From: Selaginella moellendorffii
Taxonomy: Eukaryota > Plantae > Lycopodiophyta
NCBI RefSeq assembly: GCF_000143415.4
Contig: NW_003314310.1
Span: 1,048,611 to 1,112,610, forward strand
Direction: 5' to 3'
Length of the DNA: 64,000 nucleotides
Positions 12,732-25,454 of this stretch are shown here, in pieces. A model generated the notes under the pieces. That model ran no database searches. It was not told the DNA's origin and worked only from the letters and a program-made list of their open reading frames with translations. The translations under genes were made by a program, and so were the position numbers. Position 1 is the first letter of the stretch. Each line of letters begins with the position of its first letter.

Positions 12732-14392
12732 GTGGACTAACTTAGTCCAGTTTTTAAGGACGGGACATTTGGGTGGAGTGAGATTCAAGCATAGGACGCG
12801 TCCCAATAGGAGACATTTCATGTCAACGTCAGGGGGGAAAAGCAAATGAAAAGCGCCTGGGAGATTGGCAGGAAGGTCTTAAAAGCCGCAAAGTGGGAAG
12901 ATTTCCCACAAAAACCACACCGACATCCTCCCCCTCTTACTGCATCTGATCCTACTGGTAAAGGAGTTCACTCGATATTCACTTTCTGATTTTTCTCCTT
13001 TTCATTTTCCAGCGGGACCGTCTGCCACCGAAACGTAGGAGCGACACGACACTACACTACAGTAGTACAGCAGCACAGACAGTTTTTGTTTTCCCGGATC
13101 GGCTTTGATCCTCCTGGAGGGGTAAGAGTAACCTCTGGTTTGATGTGACGCGCGTTGTATTCCAGGCGAAGTCAAGCGATGCTTTCTCGTTGCAACTGAC
13201 TCCTGGCCGGGCTGCCAAAATGCCATATGGGTGGGGACACCGCGCCACGACACTTTAAATGGTACATTAACGTAAATCGTTCTCGAGCGTGGAAAGAGAG
13301 CTCGATAACAAAACAGACAAAGCTCCAAGTTTATGGACTTGCGCGCTTGTCAATGGGGTGTTTTTATTGGCAGCCAAAGACGAACACAAGCAAAGAAAGC
13401 GAAGCAAAGAAAGGGGCTGTGTGAGAGGGACAAGCAAAGATGTAGACGGGCACCACTAGTCGCACAGGCAAAGCAAAGAGAGGAAAAAAAAAACAATGGG
13501 GCATGCAACACAGCAGGGACAGCAATGAAGTTGATAATTGAAAGCAAAAAAGAAAGAGGAGGACAAGCTGGCTGTCACAAACCAACATATAAGCCTTGTG
13601 CACCACCCTTTTTTTCCACACAAACAGTGGGGTTGGGGGGTAAACCCCGGGCAGGCCCACGCTGCCCGCCGTTAGCTGACGGCGCTAGGGCATGCCAGGC
13701 TGGCGCGAACCCGCGTAAACCCTAAAGCAAGATTTAGCTTTGACCCGGGGTGCGATCATAATCGTAATAGTGATTTTCCACGTGTCATGAGCGTCAGATT
13801 GCCTTGTATCGCAAACTTTTCCAGGACATCATGTCATACGTTAGTAGTGGCCGCCACACGGCGGGGGATATTCCCGCCACCTACTCTGGGGAATCTGCCC
13901 GCCACCTGGCCTTTGGCGGGCTCGGGTTACGGAGGCCACCTATTCCGCTCCCGAGCTAGCTGTCCGGCCCGCTGCCCGCGGGCAGCCGGGCACGTGCGCG
14001 GGAGAGGGATATTCCGGCTGCGTGGGGGATATTCTGGCGGCGGAGACCTTCATTTTTTTGGGCATGGCGAATGATGGGGAGCTCTCGTGTGCCTGGTAGT
14101 GAGAGTGTGCGCGTTTTAGCGTTTTTTGTGGTGGCTCGCGAGGGCGAGGGCATGCAGCGTGACCGCGCGGCCCAGGGCACAGCGATCTCGCGAGGTTGGA
14201 GGCGCGGCATTGTGAAGATCGCCGCTGGGAGCTTTTGTCTCGCGTGAATGCGGGGCCGCATTTGCACGGCGCCAGCAGCAGGAGCGGGATTTCGGCCCCG
14301 ATTCGTCGTCGCCACGGCAGCGCCGCCGCGAATCCATCGCGGGGGAGGAGTGATCGGGTGATATTTCGATCCGGGGGGGTTTTTGGCGGCCA

Positions 14393-17300
14393 ATGGAGGC
14401 GAGCGCGGGATTAGTCGCGGGGTCGCACAATCGCAACGAGCTGGTGGTCATCCGGCAGGAAGGAGACGGGGTACGCCAAAATCTCCTCTCCTTGCTCGAG
14501 ATTTCTTTCTTTTCTCTCGAATTTCGCGCATCTGGCCGGGAATCCTAGGCCTGGGCGGCCAGGCCTCGGGCTCTCGGGCCTTTTCGCGCAATCTCTCTTT
14601 TCTTTTGTTTTGTTCTTGGTGGTTGGCCTCGTTGGATGATGTTGGTGGATTTATTTGCTCAATGCAGGTGAAGCCATTGAAGCACCTCAACGGCCAAGTC
14701 TGCCAAATCTGTGGGGATGACGTCGGGTGTACAGTCGATGGCGAGCTCTTCGTTGCGTGCAACGAGTGTGCCTTCCCGGTGTGTCGCCCTTGCTACGAGT
14801 ACGAGCGCAAGGATGGGAACCAGTCGTGCCCCCAGTGTAAAACGCGATACCGGCGCCACAAAGGTAAAGAGCTAGCGTGATCTTTGCTCGGGTTCGCAGG
14901 AGCTGTGGCTTACTGGGTTTTCCTTTTCCTGTTGGGCGAATGCAGGTAGCCCTCGCGTCGAGGGAGACGAGGACGAGGACGATGTTGACGATCTCGAGAA
15001 CGAGTTTAATTTCAATGAGGATCGCCAGGAGAGGCAGCAGCACATTGCCGAGGCAATGCTGCATGGGCACATGAGCTATGGGCGCGGGGACGAGCAGGAC
15101 TTGCCGCCGGATATGATGCAGCCCATCCAGCCAAGGCATCCTCTACTCACCAACGGAGAGATGGTAACTTTCTGCCTAGCTTTTTCTGTGGCTTTCACTT
15201 TTTTTTTCTTTTCTCCTTTTTCTGCTAGATTACATGCAAACTCACCACTCTCTTTTGTCTTTTTACCAGTTTTCTGGAGAGCTCCATGGAATTCCTCCCG
15301 ACCATCATGCAATCGTTGTGCCACCTATGCTCGGTGGAAAACGCGTACACCCTCTTCCTTACATCGATCCGAACCTTCAAGGTTGGTGTTAACGATGATA
15401 TGGCACACGCACGCTGTATTAAACGATATATTTGTTTTGTCGTCACAGTTCAACCCAGATCCATGATGGATCCTGATAAGGATCTGGCATCTTATGGCTA
15501 TGGAAGCGTGGCCTGGAAAGAGAGGTTGGAGAGCTGGAAGCTAAAGCAGCAGAAAATGCAAATGATGATGACTGAAGGCAACCAAGGAGATGGAAAGGGA
15601 GGAGACCATGGTGACGATGGGAATGGACCCGACCTACCAATGTACGTCGTTTTGCTTTTTGCCTCATCTTGCTAATGGTTTTATGTTTCTGTAGAATGGA
15701 CGAGGCGAGACAGCCTCTTTCAAGAAAGGTTCCAATCCCCTCGAGTAGGATCAATCCTTACAGAATGATTATAGTCATTCGTCTGGTGATCCTGGGATTC
15801 TTCTTCCGTTATAGAATTATGAATCCCGTGCGAGATGCATACCCCTTGTGGTTGACGTCGATCATTTGCGAGATCTGGTTCGCGTTGTCTTGGATTCTTG
15901 ATCAGTTTCCAAAATGGCTTCCAATCGAACGAGAGACGTACCTGGACAGACTTTCTTTGAGGTAGGCGCGTTAGTATATACATTGCCATTGATGTTGATT
16001 TTAATGGCGTGGGTTTCAGATATGAGAAAGATGGGGAGCCATCGCAACTCGCTTCTGTCGATGTCTACGTCAGTACTGTGGATCCGATGAAAGAGCCGCC
16101 GTTAGTCACGGCGAACACCGTTCTTTCGATCTTGTCAGTTGATTATCCCGTCGACAAGGTTTCTTGCTACGTTTCAGACGATGGTGCTGCAATGTTGACA
16201 TTCGAGGCGCTCTCTGAAACTTCCGAGTTTGCCCGCAAGTGGGTGCCGTTTTGCAAGAAGTTCAACATTGAGCCTCGGGCACCCGAATGGTACTTTGCGC
16301 AAAAGATTGATTATTTGAAGGATAAAGTCCAACCGAGTTTTGTAAAAGAAAGACGCGCCATGAAGGTATGTATATGCACTTCGTGTTTCTATTTCCTAAT
16401 AGTGAACATGCAGAGGGAGTACGAGGAGTTTAAAGTTCGCATCAATGCTCTGGTTGCAAAGGCGCAAAAAGTTCCAGAGGAGGGATGGACGATGCAAGAT
16501 GGGACTCCGTGGCCTGGAAACAATACGCGCGATCATCCGGGCATGATTCAGGTACGTATTTCCTCATTTCTGTCAGGACCGATAAAGAACGAGTGTTTGC
16601 AGGTGTTCTTGGGTCATAGTGGTGGTCATGACACGGAAGGAAATGAGTTACCTCGCCTGGTGTATGTTTCTCGTGAGAAGCGCCCTGGGTTTAACCATCA
16701 CAAAAAGGCCGGTGCTATGAATGCCTTGGTACGGTTTCTATACTCTGATCTTTTATGTTTTTGTTGACAATCAACTTCTCCAGGTGCGAGTGTCTGCGGT
16801 GCTAACGAATGCTCCATATTTTCTTAACTTGGATTGCGATCACTACATAAACAACAGCAAGGCTGTGAGAGAGGCTATGTGCTTTATGATGGATCCAACA
16901 CTAGGGAGGAAGGTTTGCTACGTGCAGTTTCCTCAGAGGTTTGATGGTATTGATCGTCACGATCGATACGCTAACCGCAACACCGTCTTCTTTGACGTAA
17001 GACTACTAAACGTTAGGTGTTTACACTTGCTGACTCTGTGATTTTTCAGATTAACATGAAAGGTCTCGACGGCATTCAGGGCCCCGTATACGTGGGTACA
17101 GGTTGCGTCTTCCGAAGACAATCGCTTTATGGTTACGAGGCACCTGCTGGAGAGAAAGAGAAGGAAGCGGCCAGTACTTGTGATTGCTGTCCCGGATTTT
17201 GTTGTGGGAAGCGGAAGAAGACCAAGAAGCAAAAAGTGAAGAAGATGGAGAAGAGAATGATGTCTACCAGGAGTGATTCGTCCGTCCCAATCTTCAACCT

Positions 17301-18629
17301 CGATGACATAGAAGAAGGATTTGAAGGTAAACAGTTTACTCAGGTGTTTTTCTTTTTTCGTAACTCTTTTTTTCATTTCAGGATTTGATGAAGAGAAATC
17401 GACGCTAATGTCTCAAAAGAATTTTGAAAAGCGGTTTGGTCAATCTCCTGTTTTTATCGCATCAACACTTTTGGAGCACGGAGGTGTTCCTCAGTCGGCG
17501 AGCCCCGCCTCCCTTTTGAAAGAAGCCATTCACGTGATTAGTTGTGGTTACGAAGACAAAACCGAGTGGGGAAAAGAGGTAACGCAATGCAGGTTCAGAG
17601 ACATTCCTCACACATTTATGTAACTGTTTCAGATTGGATGGATTTACGGCTCAGTCACGGAAGATATCTTGACTGGTTTCAAGATGCACGCTCGTGGTTG
17701 GAGATCAATCTACTGCATGCCTCAACGAGCTGCATTCAAGGGATCCGCACCTATCAACTTGTCCGATCGTCTCAACCAGGTGCTCCGGTGGGCTTTGGGG
17801 TCCGTTGAGATCTTCCTGAGCAGGCATTGTCCCCTGTGGTATGGCTACGGTGGCCGGCTGAAATGGCTCGAGAGATTTGCGTACATCAACACGACGGTCT
17901 ATCCTCTCACGTCCATTCCTCTCGTGGCCTACTGCACGCTTCCAGCAGTCTGTTTGCTCACCGGAAAGTTCATCATCCCAGAGGTACGTACGAAGCTTTG
18001 TTACAAGTTTCTTGGAGCTCACATCGTCTCCTTTTTGACACGTCCAGATAAGCAACTTCGCCAGCTTGTGGTTCATCTCCATGTTCGTGTCCATCTTCGC
18101 CACGGCCATTCTGGAGATGCGGTGGAGCAACGTCGGCATCGAGGAGTGGTGGAGGAACGAGCAGTTCTGGGTCATCGGCGGCGTCTCGTCCCACCTCTTC
18201 GCGGTGTTCCAGGGCCTGCTCAAAGTCCTCGCCGGTATCGACACCAACTTCACGGTGACGTCCAAGGCCACGGACGACGAGGAGTTTGGCGAGCTCTACA
18301 CACTCAAGTGGACGACGCTGCTCGTCCCCCCGACGACGCTGCTTATCATCAACCTGGTGGGAGTGGTGGCCGGTTTGGCGGACGCCATCAACAGCGGGTA
18401 CCAGTCGTGGGGGCCGCTGTTCGGGAAGCTGTTCTTCGCGTTCTGGGTGATCGTCCACTTGTATCCGTTCCTCAAGGGGCTCATGGGACGGCAAAACAGG
18501 ACGCCCACCATCGTCATCGTCTGGTCGATCCTGCTGGCTTCGATCTTCTCGCTTCTTTGGGTGAGGATCGATCCATTCTTGCCGAAGACCCAGGGGCCTC
18601 ACTTGCAACAGTGTGGATTGAACTGCTAG
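14393..18629 (+). CDS. CESA: Cellulose synthase catalytic subunit
   Basis: [16 protein letters not shown] start, RING zinc finger CQICGD...CPQC, DDG, DCD, TED and QVLRW motifs, ends QQCGLNC. Confidence 0.98.
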
Positions 18630-18906
18630 CTACCACGGTACCCATTTTTCGTTCGGTTTTTTATTTTTCTTTCTTTCTTCTTTTTCTCTCTTTTATTTCT
18701 TTTCTTTTTTTTTTCTCGTCTTTTTGGATTGAATCTGGCAGGAGCTACCGAAGAAAAAAAAAATGGTGGTGAGAAAGTAAAAAATTGTACATTAGTTCTC
18801 TTTTTAGCGACCACAACCAAGTCGAGCGGTTTTATTCTTTTGCTTTCCACGTTTCCCGGAAGAACACGAGTGCTGCAAGGAGAGGTTTTAGGGTTTAGGG
18901 ATTTGG

Positions 18907-19197
18907 ATGGAAGGAGGAGGAGTGGAGGTGGAGGAGAGGGCGAGCGTGAAGCAGTGCCGCAAGCTGCTGTACAGGAGCATGCGCATCGGCGTTGCGGACG
19001 GGCGGATTTTCGTGGGTAAGTTCCACTGCCTGGACAAGCAAGGGAATATCATCCTCTACGACACGCTGGAGCAGCGGCAGGGCGCGGGCACGGAGCCTCG
19101 GAGCCTGGGATTAGTTCTCATCCCCACGCATTGCCGCGTTTCTTGCCATGTCGAGTGCTCGCTGGGGGAAAATCTCTCGGGGCTCTCTTTGAACTAA
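18907..19197 (+). CDS. NAA38: LSm-domain NatC auxiliary subunit (NAA38/MAK31-like), intronless
   Basis: RKLLYRSMRIGVADGRIFVGKFHCLDKQGNIIL...RSLGLVLIP Sm1/Sm2 motifs. Confidence 0.85.
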   Translation: MEGGGVEVEERASVKQCRKLLYRSMRIGVADGRIFVGKFHCLDKQGNIILYDTLEQRQGAGTEPRSLGLVLIPTHCRVSCHVECSLGENLSGLSLN

Positions 19198-19332
19198 AGT
19201 CCCCTCTTTCTTTCTTCTTCGTTTCACTCTCTTTTATTCGATCTTTTCCTCTTGCTACTTTTATTTCCATCGCTTTGGAGTGTGTTTTTAGCCTCTGCTG
19301 GGTTGCCTTTTGCAGCGCTGTGCTACTAGACC

Positions 19333-20208
19333 ATGGAGAAGAGAAAGAGAAAGAGTGTCTCGTTTTACAGCTCGCAGCAGTGGGACAAGCAGCGCGCCAA
19401 GCGATCCCGCAACGACGATGACGAGTTTTATGAGGTGGAATCCATCCAGCAGATGAGGCTTTTCGAGGTTCGAGCTGTTCCTTTGGTTCTTCTTTCGCTC
19501 AAGATGCTTGCTCTGTTTTCTTTGCAGGGAAAACTCCATTACTACATAAAATGGTGTGCTTTCTTCGCTCTATGTTTTTTTCTTAAAGGTTTTCTTTCGC
19601 TGCAGGAAGGGATATCCAGAGGAGTTCAATACTTGGGAGCCGCACAAGCACCTAGCGAATTGCCCCCAGGCCCTCAAGGACTTCGAGCGGAGGTAAGAGC
19701 GTCATTTCCTCTCATGACAAATGAAACAATCGCTTCTTTTTTTTCTTGTAGTCAGCAAGCTTTGGTAGCAGCTGAAGTGAAAGCTGAGGTGAAAGCTGAA
19801 GTGGAAGGCGAGAAGGCCCTGCCTCCATTGCTAGCTGCAAAGCCACACCAGGACCTTGGAAGCCCGAGTTTGCAGTCCACTGTTGCGAATCACGTCGCGG
19901 TGGAAAAAATTCTCAAGGCAATGAGCTACTCCACGAGAGAACTCAGCAACGGGGAGAAGGATCTCAATGTGACCTTCAAGGTTCTACGGTAAGACTGGCC
20001 TTTGTTTCTAGGCTTTTCTCTTGAGCTTGTTCGCTTTGTTTCGCCCTGTAGGTCCGATGGCGAGGAGATTCTACTGGATAACAAGTACCTGCGCGAAAAT
20101 TATCCCCAGCTGGTAGTTTTCATTCTTTTTTTTCTCCTTTCGTGTTTTATCATGAATTTGCAGCTTCTGGATTTCTACGAACAGCGTGTGAGGAACGTCC
20201 GGCAATGA
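19333..20208 (+). CDS. Short LHP1/HP1-like chromodomain + chromoshadow protein (~200 aa, about 6 exons)
   Basis: Spliced chromodomain FYEVESIQ...HYYIKWKGYPEEFNTWEP; chromoshadow KILKAMSYS...VTFKVLRSDG...DNKYLRENYPQLLLDFYEQ. Confidence 0.85.
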
Positions 20209-20410
20209 GAGACTGGGGATAGTGTACATAATTTCTTTTTCCAACTTAGAGCTAGAGTACTTGCGGACGAGATGCTAAAGCTTGGGACAAACTCTTTTGA
20301 GTTACTCATGGAAATTTTGAAGTTTACTATCGCAGAAGAAACAAATGATTTATGAATATTTAAGTGTCAATAAGTTTCGAGAAACTGCAGCTACAAAACA
20401 TTGGAGAGGA

Positions 20411-22727
20411 TCATGGCTGCGAAAAACACCAAAACAATGTATTTTAGTAATCACAGTGACGATTATTGCATACGTACAGCAACGAGATCCTCCTCGTGCT
20501 TGGGAATGAAAGCTGTGTCAACCTTTCCGTCCTTAAAGTCCTATGTAACCAGAGTGAAAGAGATCATGAGAAAAGAGAACATCGGAAGGCAAGAAAGAAG
20601 ATAAGTCACCTGAATCTCCAGGATAAGCTTGTGATAGTCAATTGTAGTCGGGACCCCTGAGCAAAGCCACACTCTTAATAGAAACAAATCGATTTGAGAA
20701 GGAATAAAAGTACCTGTGATTATGGTGTCTTGCAACGCTCGCTGCATGCGAGCAATAGCTCTCTCCCGTGTTGGTGCCCAGACGATCAGCTATAAAGAAA
20801 AGTTTTAACCGAGGCTTAGGAGAAAGCATAGCAAACCTTTCCGAGGAGAGAATCATAGGTGGGAGGAACAACATAGTCTGGATAGAGGTGGCTATCCATT
20901 CTCACGAAGGGGCCTCCTGGAGGAACGTAGCCTGTTATACGGCCTGTGGATGGATGGTTAGTCTTAGGACAAGCGTTATGAAGTTTCAATGTCTTACCTG
21001 GTCCAGGCCGGAAGTTTTGAAAGGCATCCTCTGCATTGATTCGGCATTCGATAGAGTGGCCCTTCAAGACAATATCTTCCTAAACATCAAGAAAAACATT
21101 TATGAAATGACAATTTCATGGATGAACGTAAGAACGCGTCTACCTGTTTGTATCGAAGTTCCTCCCCCAGAGCAACTCGAATTTGCTCCTCGATGAGATC
21201 AGTAGAGGAGATGAGCTCCGTGACGGGATGCTCGACCTGTGAAGAAGCAAAAGACATAAGAAAGGTGAAGAGCTAGAGAGTTGCCTCACCTGGATACGTG
21301 TGTTCATCTCCATGAAGTAGAAGGATCCACTCTCGTCCAGCAAAAACTCAATGGTTCCAACGCCAACGTAACCAATGGATGCAGCAGCAGCCACCGCCGC
21401 ATCTCCCATGGCCTTGCGCAGCTCTGGTGTTAGAGCCGGCGATGGTGCCTCCTCCAAAAGCTTTTGGTTTCTCCTCTGTAATAACAATCCTCAAAACTGG
21501 AAACAAAAGAAAAAAAAAGATTAATTCTACCTGAATGCTGCAATCCCTTTCCCCAAGGTGTATACAATTTCCATGCTTGTCCGCGAGGACCTGGAATTCG
21601 ATGTGCCGGGGATTCTTGATGTACCTCTCCAGGTACACTCCATCGTTGCCAAATGCAGCTCCCGCTTCGCTGCGAGCTTGCTAAGAAAATGAAAGAAAAT
21701 AAAAAATTAGATCTAACACTAGATTGATTTCCACGAACCTGCAAAAGCTTGACAAACTCTTCGGGTTCATTTGCTAGTCGCATACCACGACCACCACCGC
21801 CAGCCGTAGCCTATGATAACTCCAAGAGATCAGAAAAATGAAAAAACAAAAGGACAAGACATTCAACCTTGATCATGACTGGGAAACCAATCTCGTGAGC
21901 GAGACGAATGGCTTCTTCGGTAGTCTGGAAAACAACAGCGACAAAGCTGAGAAAGAAACCAAAGGTAGAAACAAGAAATTTACCTCGACCAGGCCATCAC
22001 TTCCAGGAACAGTGGGAACCCCGGCCTTTTTCATCGTGTCTCGAGCAGTAGCCTTGTCTCCCATTGTTCGAATGCTATCAGACTGCAAAGCACAAGAAAG
22101 AAAGGGATGAAAATCAACTTGCGACCTTTCATCCATCCCTAAAGCAAATGCTTACGTTTGGGCCGATGAAGTTCAAGCCGTGATCTTTGCACATATCCAC
22201 GAACTTCGCATTCTCGGACAAGAACCCGTATCCGGGATGGAGCATGGTACAATTGCGGGTCATGGCGGCGGACAGCAGATTTGGAATGTTCAGGTAGCTG
22301 CATGTCAAAAGTTAGCTGTGGACTTTGGAGAAAAAGTTGAAAGAAAGAGAAGGAAAAAAGAGATTTTGGGAAGGAAAGCTTCGCGGAGAAAGGAAAATGT
22401 GACTTACGATTTGGCACTGGCTGGCTCGCCGATACACACGGCCTCGTCCGCGAGCTCGACATGCAGCGAGTCCCTGTCGACGGTGGAGTGGACGGCAACG
22501 CAGGGAATTCCCATCTCGTGCGCCGTCCGGATCACACGCACCGCGATCTCGCCCCTGTTGGCCACCAAAATCTTCTCCTGGTCATAGCTGCAAGTCACGC
22601 CCCCCCGAGAGCCGGAATTTGCCGCTCTCACGGACACATTCCTGGCGCATCCTCCCCGGGCGCGGAATCTGTGAGGCAGGCACAGCGCAGCCGAGAGCGA
22701 TCCCGCGAGCGACGATCCACATTCCAT
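20411..22727 (-). CDS. CAC2: Biotin carboxylase subunit of plastid heteromeric acetyl-CoA carboxylase
   Basis: [76 protein letters not shown]. Confidence 0.96.
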
Positions 22728-22976
22728 GGCTAGATCCGACCGTGCAAACCCAAAACCCTAACGCGCTCCTCCCTCCACGTCCTTGCTCCAAGAGTCCCCC
22801 AGCGGAGCATACAAAGCTACATTATAAATTCCAATTCATAATGCATGGACCACTAATAACAAATTAGAGTGCTAATTAATCCCTACTAACTTAATCATTT
22901 TACACCAGCGAAATTTACCGCGCTTAAACTCTCAAAGAATGTAGGGTTTCTTTCTTCTTCTCTTTGCGCAGCGGCC

Positions 22977-24650
22977 ATGGTTGCGCCGCGCTGTGGGATC
23001 TCCGCGATCGAGGCGCCGGCGTCTCCTTCCTCGAGCAATCAACGATTTCTCTGGCGCCGATCGAGGTATGTGTGGGCGGAGGGGAGATTTTCTAGTGATG
23101 GATTTTGGAAATTTCTAGCTGGGAAGGCATCGGTTATGGCAGCATCGGCAGCAAGAGGCGCCGCATTTCTTCTCATGCGAGCGTTTATGCTGTGTCCGAT
23201 TTGCACACCGATTATCGAGAGAATTTGCAGTGGATCGTGCAGCTGTCGACCAAGTTGCATCAACGAGATACTTTGATCGTGGCGGGCGACGTCTCAGACA
23301 ACTTGGAGACTTTCAAAGACACTATGAGGCTGTTGAAGGAAAGGTTTCATCGCGTCTTCTTTGTTCCTGGGAACCACGATTTGTGGTGTAGAGGCAAGGA
23401 GAACAAGCACGTAAGTACACTTCGTCCTCCTCTTTTTTTTTCGTGGGAGAAATGAACTAATTCTTTTCTGGCTTTGCAGCTGGACTCGCTGGGAAAGTTG
23501 AGGGAGCTCAATGCGATATGCGAGTCTCTTTGCATCGACACCAAGCCAGGGAAAGTTTGCGGAGTTTGGATCGTTCCTCTACTTTCCTGGTATCACCAGG
23601 CAATCTCCTTCGTAGTTTAGCAGACGTGTTTTGGATTGACAGTCGAGAATTCTTCCCCCTGCAGACATTTGATAAGGAACGGGACATAGTCGGCTACAAT
23701 ATTCCACCTCCCGAAAAGGCATGTTATCCTCTCTTTCATTGGTTTCAATATTTTGTTTGCTTCTCTGCTTCTTCACTTTGAACATGTTTTCTGACAACAC
23801 TGTTTGCATTTGCGGTGCAGCGTTGCACTGATTATCATGCCTGTAAGTGGCCGGACGAGCTCAAGACTCCTGATATAGCGCTTGCTGCATACTTCGATGA
23901 TCTTAACTCTTGCAACCAGCAGTGTCTTACGGAGATTCGGCACAGCACTGAGCGAGTCATCACCTTTTCTCACTTCCTTCCCAGGTGCGAGAAAATGGGG
24001 TTGTGTTGTGTGACGTTCTTAGTGCTGTTTGTTGTGAACAGACCAGAGCTTTGCCCAGAGAAAAGAATGCTTTTCTATCCAAATCTTCCAAAGGTGATAG
24101 GATCAGATTTCCTGGAACGCAGACTGAGGAGCATCCATGGTTCCAGTGGAAATTCCGGAGCTCTCCATGTGTTTGGGCACACGCATTTCAGCTGGGACGC
24201 TACCGTGGATGGAATCAGGTGATAAATTTTGGTCTTCATTTTGCATGGCATTGCTTGCATTGCACTGGTACGTTAAGCGTGTCGGTTTTCTTGCCCCCCT
24301 TCCCTTTTTCCTCCTGGAAGAAATTTTCTTACACTAACACTGCATGGTTGCACGATGCAGGGAGACATACTAGAGAAAAGATTATAAGAAAAGGAGAGAT
24401 GACATGAAATTGTTTGATCGTCCTCTACAGGTATCTACAGGCACCATTGGCTTATCCCAGGGAACGTCGAAGGCGAGTTTATGGTGGTGAATGCTGGCTG
24501 CCACTGTGCATATATGACAGCGAAGGTACTCTTCTTCCGAGACCCATGCCTTGCTACTGGTCGGACTACTATCGCTTGAACAAGAGGGATCCAGACAACG
24601 TTGTGCTCGCACCGTGGGTAGCAGACTTATACTGCTTACAAAAGAGCTGA
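22977..24650 (+). CDS. Calcineurin-like metallophosphoesterase, multi-exon
   Basis: SDLH, AGDV, PGNHD, FSHFLP and GHTH metal-binding motifs. Confidence 0.92.
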
Positions 24651-24729
24651 GAACTCCGAGAGCCAAGCTAGAACGAGGTGAGATACGCTTCCTTCTCTCC
24701 TTGGCCATAAATAATCAGAGGGTTCATGA

Positions 24730-24965
24730 AGCATTGTCAGCACTGGGCTTCACTCAAGCGCACGTACAAGCAAATGCCCAGAGGCTCAACACCACAGCAC
24801 CAACATTCCCAGACATGGACCCCTTTGTAACTACGGGTTGGCAACACTTACCAGTTTTGGTTTTATATGACTTGAACACAAGTAGTTAGAGTCGGTTGGC
24901 TGCCGAGCGCATGGATAGTTTTCGTGGAGCAGTGGTGTATCGGCCGTCTCTGAGGCCCACGATGA
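24730..24965 (+). pseudogene. Internally deleted fragment of the adjacent F-box gene
   Basis: Matches ~25953-26055 and then ~26478-26578. Confidence 0.8.
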
Positions 24966-25454
24966 AAATTTGGTGCCTTGTTTATCTATGAAGAATTTGC
25001 AATCATCTTCATTGTCACTTATGCCTTATCAGATTTTGAGTTGCAGCTGGAAAGAAGTTGTTCTGAGCAACAACTTCATGTGAAGCTGATATCTGTATTT
25101 TAAGAGGTTGAAGGAGCTCGATCCTGCAGTTCCATTTCACGCTATTAGAAGATAAACCAAACAAATTAAAAAGTCTTCGTGGCCTTTCTTCCATGTTGAA
25201 GCAATCAAAGGTAGCGAAGCTGGTTTCAATTATCAAGAAAATAATCAGATGTCTGTCCTATGCAAATGCAATGCAAGAGACTTAAGTTCTATCAACGAGA
25301 TACTCTGGTCAGACAAGCTGATTCTTTCCTGTTGCTCGGAAACACGGAATCACGACTTGTGGGTTGGAGGAAATCGTTCAGACCAAGGAACAAGACTATT
25401 TCATCCTGTCACCTTTATAAGGTCGAGCCTTGATAGGTTTTCATTAAAGGAATC

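Noticed and set aside
13748-13760. GGGTGCGATCATA matches the first 13 nt of plant 5S rRNA
   Set aside because: Similarity stops immediately and no A or C box follows; chance match
17669-18772. 367-aa ORF and long antisense ORFs over the CesA 3' end (similar ones over MYB, the carboxylesterase and the CR gene)
   Set aside because: Read-through of an intron into a wrong frame, and shadow ORFs of GC-rich coding sequence
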